From Candidatus Binataceae bacterium (lineage in GTDB: Bacteria > Desulfobacterota > Binatia > Binatales > Binataceae), in contig DATJID010000035.1 in NCBI GenBank assembly GCA_035493515.1, positions 43,422-107,421 on the forward strand: 64,000 bases of DNA, written 5' to 3'. Positions 28,797 to 36,550 of this stretch are shown here, piece after piece (position 1 is the first letter of the stretch; every line of letters starts with the position of its first letter). The position numbers and the translations under genes were made by a program. Under the pieces are notes generated by a model. It saw only the letters and a program-made list of their open reading frames with translations. It was not told the DNA's origin and did no database searches.

Positions 28797-29945
28797 ATGG
28801 CAGAGACGCTGGACCACGATGTAATCGAGGCGGTACGCCGCTTTGTTGACCGCGACGTTATACCGGTGGCCTCCGAACTGGAGCATGCCGACGAATACCC
28901 GCACAAGCTCGTTGCAACGATGCGCGAGCTGGGATTGTTCGGCGCGACCATCCCGGTCGAGCATGGCGGCCTGGGACTTAGCTTCGTCAGCTATGCGCGG
29001 CTGATGGCGGAGCTCTCGCGCGGCTGGATGAGCCTCGCTGGGGTGATCAACAGCCATCTCATCATGGGCTACATCATCACGCACCACGGCACCGACGAGC
29101 AGCGCAAACGCTTCCTGCCCGCGATGGCGGCCGGTGAGAAACGCGGCGGCCTCGCGCTAACCGAGCCGCACGCCGGCAGCGACGTGCAGTCCATCCGCAC
29201 CACCGCGGTCCGCGACGGCGACAACTACGTGCTCAAGGGCAGCAAGATGTTCATCACCAACGCCCGCCACGGCACGATGCTGGCCGTCGCGGCCAAGACC
29301 GATCCCAAGGCCAAGCCAGCGTATGCCGGAATCAGCATGTTCGCGGTCGAAAAGAACCAACACGGGCCGACCGTCAGCCGCAACATCAAGAAGCTTGGCT
29401 ACAAGGGCGTCGATACCTGCGAGGTGTTGTTCGAGGAACTCGAGGTTCCGGCCGGCAATCTGATCGGCGGCCAGGAGGGGCAGGGATTCAAGCAGGTGAT
29501 GAGCGCGCTCGAAGTCGGACGGATTAACGTCGCCGCGCGCGCGGTGGGGGTCGGACAGGCGGCGTTCGAGAACGCAATCCGCTACTCCCAGCAGCGTACC
29601 ACCTTCGGCAAACCGATCTGCGAGCATCAGGCGGTGCAACTGTTGCTCGCCGACATGGGGACGCGCGTCGAGGCGGCGCGCCTGATGGTCGAAAGCGCGG
29701 CCCAAAAGAAGGACGCCGGCGTGCGTTGCGACGTCGAGGCGGGGATGGCCAAGCTGTTCGCCTCCGAGGCCTGCGTCAAAGTGACGCTGGACGCGATGCG
29801 CGTGCTGGGCGGCTACGGCTACACCGCCGAGTTCCCGGTGGAGCGGTTTTACCGTGACGCGCCGTTGATGATTATCGGAGAAGGGACCAGCGAGATTCAG
29901 GCGCTGGTAATTGCGCGCGGCCTACTCAATCGCAATAAAATTTAA
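28797..29945 (+). CDS. acyl-CoA dehydrogenase
   Basis: Typical ACAD N-terminal alpha domain, middle beta domain (GGLALTEPHAGSDV) and C-terminal domain (YRDAPLMIIGEGTSEIQ). ATG at 28797 (MAETLDHDV). Confidence 0.85.
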   Translation: MAETLDHDVIEAVRRFVDRDVIPVASELEHADEYPHKLVATMRELGLFGATIPVEHGGLGLSFVSYARLMAELSRGWMSLAGVINSHLIMGYIITHHGTDEQRKRFLPAMAAGEKRGGLALTEPHAGSDVQSIRTTAVRDGDNYVLKGSKMFITNARHGTMLAVAAKTDPKAKPAYAGISMFAVEKNQHGPTVSRNIKKLGYKGVDTCEVLFEELEVPAGNLIGGQEGQGFKQVMSALEVGRINVAARAVGVGQAAFENAIRYSQQRTTFGKPICEHQAVQLLLADMGTRVEAARLMVESAAQKKDAGVRCDVEAGMAKLFASEACVKVTLDAMRVLGGYGYTAEFPVERFYRDAPLMIIGEGTSEIQALVIARGLLNRNKI

Positions 29946-30410
29946 CCTTTCACTCCGTCTGCGATCAATTTCAGGATTGCGGCCCCGGTCATGCAGGACC
30001 TGCGTTTGTCTATGTGAATCAGCATAGTTGGTGAATCGACTCGAACCGCTTTTTGAAATACTTACTCGCGTGGAGCTCACCCCAGTGTGGTGACGAAACG
30101 CTGCCGGAAAGCCACGCCAGGGTGTAGCGCGATCGCCATTTTCTTGTCGCTCGAATTCTTAAAGTACTTGTTTCTTAAGCGCGTTTTCGGCGGCCCGCCT
30201 TTTGCTGACAGGCAGTACGGAAGGTTTTTACGATAGCGCCGTAAGACCGCGTGCGGCTTCACTGGTGAAGTTGCCGGGGGGCAATCGGAACCGTTTGGTT
30301 TCTGTGTGGCTGAAGCCGCGCGGACCGCAAAGGGGGGGCGGCCTATCGAAAAATTCCGACCCGATTGAGCCAAGGCGGCAACGAGAGCAAAAAGGGGGGA
30401 GGGCGGCGTT

Positions 30411-32618
30411 TTGTCAAACCCGATCCGCAAGCGGTCGGCGACCGCTGGGCGGCTGACGGTTTTGCTGATCACGGGATGGACGGCTCTCGTTGTCGCCCGG
30501 CCATGGGCCTCGGCGAGTTCGGTTAGCGGCGAGCCTGCCGCACGGGAACTCGCATCAAAGTCCGGGCAGCCCGCACTGCGGACAGGCCGCGAACCTTCGG
30601 TCCTCGCAGCCTGGACCGCGTCCGCGACGGATCGCGCATTCCGATCTCCACACGACCACACTTTCCCCCAAAGTATTGCTGGACGCTCCGACCGCGCCGC
30701 CGCGCACACGTCGATTAACTTCAGCGCGCTCGCCCGCGAAGAAGTGCGCGGCGCGTTTGGGCCGGCGCACCGCAATCGCGCGATGCGCCCGCGGAGCAAT
30801 CCTTTCGAGCACAATAGCCAGTTCGTTCCGACTCCACCATCCACTCCTGCACTCCGCGCGCGCCGACGGCGGACCGGTAAAGACCCAGCCGGCAAACACG
30901 CAGCACTCCTCGGATTTCCGGGACTCGGCGACAACCAAACCGCGATCCCGCCCGACACCGGGGGCGCCGTCGGTCCGGCTCATCTGGTAGTTGCGCTCAA
31001 TAGCCAGATCGAAATTCAAACTCGCGCGGGAACTTTTGTTAGCTCGATCAGCCTGCTCGGTTTCTGGTCCAGCCTGGGCGTTGGCTCCGTCACCGATCCG
31101 CGAGTGATTTATGACCCATATGGGCAGCGATGGGTCATCGTCACCGCGGCCGACCCGGAAACCACGGCCTCGGCGGTCTTGATCGGTGTCTCGCACAACA
31201 GCGACCCGACCGCGGGCTGGAATCTCTACCGAGTGCCGGTCGATCCGGCGGGCCTGCGATGGGGCGACTTTCCCACGCTCGGTTTCAACAAGAACTGGAT
31301 CGTGGTCGGGATCAACATTTTCACCATCGAGGGCACTTTCTACGAGTTCGCGAACCTTTATGTCTTCGACAAAGCGAACCTGTATGCGGGAGGCTCGGGC
31401 CTCTTCACCTTGCTGCAGGACGACACGGGCGGCTTCGCGATGAATCCGGCCCTCACGTATGATCCCAACCTCGCAACGCTCTATGTTCTGGAGTCGTGGA
31501 GTTCGGCCAACGGCTTGCTGCGAATGAGCACTGTCAGCGGTGCTGTCGGCTCCGAAGTGCTCACCACGGGCGTCGCTTTGCCCGCCGCCTCACAGCCCTG
31601 GCATGCGGTCGAACCCGCGATCAACTTCGCGCCGCAACTGGGTTCCGCCAACCGCATCGATATGGACGACGACCGGCTGGATTGGACCGTCTATCGAAAC
31701 GGATCGCTTTGGACTGCGCAGACGGTCTTCCTCCCGGCCAGTGGCACGCCGAATCGATGCTCGGTGCAGTGGTGGCAGATTGACACTGCGGCGGGCGACG
31801 TGGGCGGTATTCAGCAGCTCGGGCGGATCGACGATCCGACCGCGGCGCGATTCTTCGCCTATCCGTCGATCGGGGTAAATCGCGAGAACGACGCCCTGGT
31901 CGGCTATTCGCAATTCTCCGCCTCGCAGTATGCCGGCGCCGGGTTCTCGATGCGGATGTTCAGTGACCCGTCAGGCACTATGCGCGCCGGCGTCGTGCTC
32001 AAAGCGGGAGAGGCGCCGTACTTCAAGGATTTCGGCACCGGAGATAATCGATGGGGTGATTTCAGCAGCACGACGGTCGATCCACTTGACGACTTGACCC
32101 TCTGGACGCTTCAGGAGTACGCCGCGGCTGGCAACAAATGGGGCACCTGGTGGGGCGAGGTATCCGTTGGACCGACTCCGACTCCCACCGCAACGCCGTC
32201 GCCCACACCCACTGCATCACCGACTCCCACTGCAACCCCGACGCCTACGCCCACACCGAAGCCCACGCCAACACCTACGCCGACTGTGACGCCGTCGCCC
32301 ACACCGACGCCGTCACCCACACCGACGCCGGTACCAACCGCGACGCCCACTCCTAGCTTGACCATCCTCGCAACTGCGCTCCCCGCAGGTAGAGTAGGAG
32401 TCTTCTATCACGCCTCGCTGGGACTGAGCGGCGGCACGCCGCCCTATTTGGTTTATGTCAGTGCAGGCGCGCTGCCGCGAGGACTGGCGCTCAATACCTT
32501 CAATGGTTCAATCAGCGGGACGCCGGGCGCCGCGGGCCTCTCGACATTTATGGTCTACGCCACCGACCGGGGCTCCGAATCGGTGAGCGAAGTCTTTCAG
32601 ATATCGATCATTCGTTGA
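30411..32618 (+). CDS. large secreted protein, paralog A: signal peptide + ~550 aa unrecognised domain + Pro/Thr-rich linker + C-terminal putative-Ig (PF05345-like) domain
   Basis: Signal peptide [37 protein letters not shown] linker [27 protein letters not shown].... C-terminus [50 protein letters not shown] matches the putative-Ig domain pattern. Confidence 0.7.
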   Translation: MSNPIRKRSATAGRLTVLLITGWTALVVARPWASASSVSGEPAARELASKSGQPALRTGREPSVLAAWTASATDRAFRSPHDHTFPQSIAGRSDRAAAHTSINFSALAREEVRGAFGPAHRNRAMRPRSNPFEHNSQFVPTPPSTPALRARRRRTGKDPAGKHAALLGFPGLGDNQTAIPPDTGGAVGPAHLVVALNSQIEIQTRAGTFVSSISLLGFWSSLGVGSVTDPRVIYDPYGQRWVIVTAADPETTASAVLIGVSHNSDPTAGWNLYRVPVDPAGLRWGDFPTLGFNKNWIVVGINIFTIEGTFYEFANLYVFDKANLYAGGSGLFTLLQDDTGGFAMNPALTYDPNLATLYVLESWSSANGLLRMSTVSGAVGSEVLTTGVALPAASQPWHAVEPAINFAPQLGSANRIDMDDDRLDWTVYRNGSLWTAQTVFLPASGTPNRCSVQWWQIDTAAGDVGGIQQLGRIDDPTAARFFAYPSIGVNRENDALVGYSQFSASQYAGAGFSMRMFSDPSGTMRAGVVLKAGEAPYFKDFGTGDNRWGDFSSTTVDPLDDLTLWTLQEYAAAGNKWGTWWGEVSVGPTPTPTATPSPTPTASPTPTATPTPTPTPKPTPTPTPTVTPSPTPTPSPTPTPVPTATPTPSLTILATALPAGRVGVFYHASLGLSGGTPPYLVYVSAGALPRGLALNTFNGSISGTPGAAGLSTFMVYATDRGSESVSEVFQISIIR

Positions 32619-34339
32619 CGAGTCCTTACGCGCGAAAAATTCTCTATAAATTTTCATGAAATGTGCGCGCCACAGACTATCGCTCTGATAGCCAATTTAT
32701 AGGCGCAGCCATTCGTACTGATTTCTGCGGCGGGTCGTGCATTCAATTCTCGTTTACACAAAGTTTGACGGGGAATTCTCTTTGACGCGGAGTGTTGACG
32801 TGTAGCCCATTGCGATGAAGCGTCTTGGTTCGATCGAAATATGAGTGTCATCAAGCAGCGTTCTGTTTACTCGTTTCGTGCTCGAAATATAATGAACCTT
32901 GTTCTGAAATTTGCAGACTCGCAGCAGTTTGCTCCAAGCGAGATTTTTCTAAATGCAGAAGGTATCCCCCCGAAGAAGGCCTGACAGCAGGGTACCGAAG
33001 GCCTCATGGTTTTCTTCCGCACGATGGGCGAATTCGTCTGCGCGGCTCACCGGACGGTTGTTCGTGGCCAAGGGACGTGAAGTCCGACAGGCGAACGAAG
33101 TTGAAGGTGTAAAAAGTGACTGGGTCGAATCGTCCGGGGACCGGCTGCGTGCCGACGATCAGACCGATAGATCCGGACGGAGCCTCACGCGGGTGGTTCT
33201 TTTCGTTCCGGGACCTATCACCGAAGCTGACCTGCATCGTGAGAATCTCAAAGTCGCCGCGACTATTAGGCATCGTCGCCGGCGGTTTAAACGATTTCAA
33301 TGGCTAACCGAAAACATCGGCACCATCATGTTCGTGACGGCACTACTCGCTGTCATCTGGTTCGTAACGGGCAGATAAACGGCTTGTGGAAAATGGTCCG
33401 AAGCGCGCTGGCGACGGTTCGGACTTAGCGTGAGGACAGGCGCGACCAGTCGCGTCTTGGGCGCAGGCGGCTACAGCGTGCCAGCGATCTAGGAGGTGGG
33501 GCCGGTCAGAGTAGTGTAGAGGCTGTAAAGGACCACGGCGATCAAGGCTGCGGCAAGCACATATTCGGTCGTGGTTTGGCCACGCAGCGATTTTCGTATG
33601 TGTTTATATAGTATTTTCATCTCAAACCCCCTCACGTCACTACATAACGCTACTAAGCGACAATAAAGGAGTCAAGACGGCTGACCCTCCGACTCGTTAC
33701 CTGCTCGATAATTTGGCTATGAGTCCGTATTTATATCTATAATAATCTTTATTATCACGCCTCTGTAAAAATGTCTCGAGGGGGGCTCTGGAAGTCTGTG
33801 CCCATAGCGACGGTCGAGCGTAGGGCCGCGTGCTGCCAGATGGAACGCTTCGACAACCCGACCGCATCAGGCCAGCGGAGCCTTGCGATGGTGCGCCGGC
33901 GGATTTCCCCCTTTGCGGCCTTTCCATTACGCTCGGCTTCGCATTGCTCAAACACGCGCGCCAAAGTAACGCCGGGGCGCAGCCTGTCTCGCGACCGTGC
34001 TAGCGGGTCTAATTTGGACCCCGTGTCCGATCGCCAGGGAACGAGTTGCCGCCTCAGTGGTTTGTGTATCGTGGCCGATACGGTGGGAACGATCACAGCG
34101 TCAGCGTTAGGGCGTTCTCCACTGATACATCCAGAAGCGAAAACCTCCAGCCGCTAACCGTACTCATTCGCACATTACGCTTCGGATCGAAGCATGAGCG
34201 CTTTCGATCTGCCGATGTCTCGCCGGGCCCGCTCAACTGGGCCGAATCCCGACACTGATCTTGTGTCAGGGATAAAAATCGCCAGCCCGGCCTTGTCATT
34301 GCGTTCCATAGCCTTGAACCGAGAGTCGGTCCCGACCGG
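32619..34339. other. AT-richer island lacking long ORFs, between two paralogous secreted-protein genes
   Basis: Base composition is visibly lower in G+C than the flanks (runs like tctctataaattttcatgaaatg, tatttatatctataataatctttattatcac). Only short, ambiguous ORFs in the track. Contains the Flp pilin gene listed next. Confidence 0.7.
33489..33620 (-). CDS. flp: Flp/Fap family type IVb (Tad) prepilin
   Basis: Hand-translated 43-codon ORF not in the track: MKILYKHIRKSLRGQTTTEYVLAAALIAVVLYSLYTTLTGPTS. Basic leader ending in Gly, then QTTTEY + hydrophobic LAAALIAVV, i.e. the Flp motif (G/xxxxEY + hydrophobic core). Strong SD (GAGGGGG) 7 nt upstream; AT-rich promoter-like DNA upstream. Confidence 0.6.
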   Translation of the reverse strand: MKILYKHIRKSLRGQTTTEYVLAAALIAVVLYSLYTTLTGPTS

Positions 34340-36433
34340 GTGTTCCAGAGGCTAACGAAAATGACGACTGCTAAAACTTTAATTTTGAAAGCCATCCTCT
34401 CGATGGCACTCGCGCTGGTGAGCATCCCGTGCGTCCAAACTTTGGCCGCGGCGGCAGCGGTTCGTACCACAGGTACTGCGGGCCATGCGAGTCAGCACAC
34501 CTCCTTCAACTTTGACGCGGCGGCGCATGAAGAGGCGCTTGGCCCGATGCCTCTTAACGAGCATCGTGCAATTCATCGCCCCTTGTCCCCGCAGAATCAA
34601 AGCACCTTACAGAATGAGGACGCGGCTGCCGCACCTCAGAGTGCCGCGGAGGCGCCATCCGCTTCAACTCTGCAGGCGCTGGCACCGGTCAACAGTTTCG
34701 CGGCGATTGGCGACGATGGCACGGTGATTCCGCCGGATACCGAGGGTGCGGTGGGCCCTCATCATCTTATGGAGGCGCTCAACAGCCAGGTCGTTATTCA
34801 AGACCGGTCAGGCAAAATTCTAAGTGCGATCACCAACTGGACCTTTTGGGCTGCTCTGGGTGTCACGCAGTCGTTCGACGCACACATCCTCTACGATCCG
34901 TATGCCCAACGCTGGATCTTCTCCTCCGCCGCCGGCCAGAACTCCTCGGCCGCGGCCATCCTGATCGGGGTCTCGCAAACTAACGATCCCACCGCCGGAT
35001 GGAATATCTACAAGGTAAACCTTGGCTCTTCCGTCAACTGGGTCGATTATCCGACGCTTGGGTTCAACAAAAACTGGATTGTCGTGCAGGCCAACATTTT
35101 CACCGTCGCGGGCAATAGCTTTGTCAACTCGAAGATTTGGGCTTTTGACAAGGCGGACCTATATGCCGGCGGCACGGGCAAATATACCGCGCTCACGCCC
35201 AGCGGTGGCTTCACCCAGGTTCCGGCCACCACGATGGATCCCGATCTCTCGACGTTGTATCTGCTCGAGCAGAGCAGCTCGGGTTCCGGCAGGCTTCGGG
35301 TCGATACCATAACCGGCGCTGTCGGCTCCGAGGTACTGACCAGCGGCGTGGCTTTTCCGACCGGGCCGACAGCCTGGCAAGCTTTCTCGCCCGTCGCCAA
35401 CTTCGCTCCGCAACTCGGCTCCAGCGAGAATATCGCTACTGAGGACGGGCGTATCCAAAGCTGCGTATACCGCAACGGCTCGCTCTGGGCTTCGCATACC
35501 GTCTATCTTCCAGCCACTGGAACTCCGACGCGTACCGCCGCGCAGTGGTGGCAGATCGACATGAGTGCTGCAGCATTCGGACACGTGCAGCAGTTCGGAC
35601 GCATCGATGATCCCAGCGGAGCCAACTTTTACGCCTATCCGTCGCTCGCCGTTAACCGCAACGGCGATGTGATGCTCGGCTATACGCACTTCGGAGTTGG
35701 AATTTATGCGAGCGGAGCCTACTCGATCCATCTGGCGAGCGACGCTCCCAACACCATGGAGAGCGAGGTCATTCTAAAGGCCGGAGAGGCCCCTTATTTC
35801 TGGGACTTCGGCACTGGCGTAAACCGATGGGGCGACTTTACCGCAACCGTGGTCGATCCGACCGACGATACTTCCATGTGGACGATTCAGGAGTATGCGG
35901 GTCAAAGCAATATGTGGGGCACGTGGTGGGGTTCGATAACGCCCGGAGCGTCCGCTGCGACGGCCACGCCCACAGCCACCGCGACACCTGCTCCCACCGC
36001 GACGCCGACACCCCAGCTGACCGCGACGCCAACCCCCGCCGCCACTTCGACCCCGACGCCGGCGGCAACTCCGACGCCCTCAGCGTTGATCATCGGCGCT
36101 CACGGAGCGCTACCCCATGGGCATAGAACGGCGACTTACAGCGCCTCGTTAGAGGTGAAGGGTGGCAGCCAACCTTACCTCATGGCAGTGGTGATGGGCC
36201 ATCTGCCTCCGGGCCTCTCTATCGATCAGACCTCTGGCGCGATCACGGGAGTCGCGCTCAAGGCAGGTATTTGGTATCCGACAATTCGGGTGATCGACGC
36301 CGCAGGCAAAAGGGCACGCAGGAAATTCTCGCTGACCGTGAAGCAAGTCACGGCTGCATACTGTGAGCGGACGCTGCTATGCCAGGAGCCAAAAACGAAC
36401 GTCCTGTTGGCCAGTGCCAGGATCGGAAGCTAA
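34340..36433 (+). CDS. large secreted protein, paralog B: same architecture as 30411..32618
   Basis: Signal peptide (MTTAKTLILKAILSMALALVSIPCVQTLAAAAA). Extended collinear similarity to paralog A (e.g. IPPDTEGAVGPHHL / [14 protein letters not shown]; ILYDPYAQRW / [10 protein letters not shown]; TNDPTAGWNIYKV / [13 protein letters not shown]; [14 protein letters not shown] / [14 protein letters not shown]; NRWGDFTATVVDPTDD / [16 protein letters not shown]). PT linker, then putative-Ig C-terminus. Confidence 0.7.
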   Translation: MFQRLTKMTTAKTLILKAILSMALALVSIPCVQTLAAAAAVRTTGTAGHASQHTSFNFDAAAHEEALGPMPLNEHRAIHRPLSPQNQSTLQNEDAAAAPQSAAEAPSASTLQALAPVNSFAAIGDDGTVIPPDTEGAVGPHHLMEALNSQVVIQDRSGKILSAITNWTFWAALGVTQSFDAHILYDPYAQRWIFSSAAGQNSSAAAILIGVSQTNDPTAGWNIYKVNLGSSVNWVDYPTLGFNKNWIVVQANIFTVAGNSFVNSKIWAFDKADLYAGGTGKYTALTPSGGFTQVPATTMDPDLSTLYLLEQSSSGSGRLRVDTITGAVGSEVLTSGVAFPTGPTAWQAFSPVANFAPQLGSSENIATEDGRIQSCVYRNGSLWASHTVYLPATGTPTRTAAQWWQIDMSAAAFGHVQQFGRIDDPSGANFYAYPSLAVNRNGDVMLGYTHFGVGIYASGAYSIHLASDAPNTMESEVILKAGEAPYFWDFGTGVNRWGDFTATVVDPTDDTSMWTIQEYAGQSNMWGTWWGSITPGASAATATPTATATPAPTATPTPQLTATPTPAATSTPTPAATPTPSALIIGAHGALPHGHRTATYSASLEVKGGSQPYLMAVVMGHLPPGLSIDQTSGAITGVALKAGIWYPTIRVIDAAGKRARRKFSLTVKQVTAAYCERTLLCQEPKTNVLLASARIGS

Positions 36434-36550
36434 TCGAGAATCGATTAGATAACTGAGCGGTAAGACCGACCGAAAAAAATAGGGCCGGCCCTTTGCGGGG
36501 CCGGCCCTTTGGTTCGTCGCGGATAACCGACTTAACGAACCGGGTGTGCC

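Noticed and set aside
29990-30045. AGTTGGT / CGACTCGAACCG tRNA-like fragments downstream of the acyl-CoA dehydrogenase
   Set aside because: The D-loop-like and T-loop-like pieces lie on opposite strands and too close together to form a cloverleaf.
30077-30958. 293-aa minus-strand ORF
   Set aside because: Overlaps the 5' part of secreted-protein paralog A on the opposite strand. Arg/Ala-rich with no signal; paralog A is supported by a second copy.
32825-33378. Short ORFs in the AT-rich island (32825..33112, 32953..33378, 33004..33300, 33116..33307)
   Set aside because: Mutually overlapping, with no motifs, no RBS context I could support, and odd composition. Left unannotated; only the Flp-like 43-aa gene has a recognisable signature.
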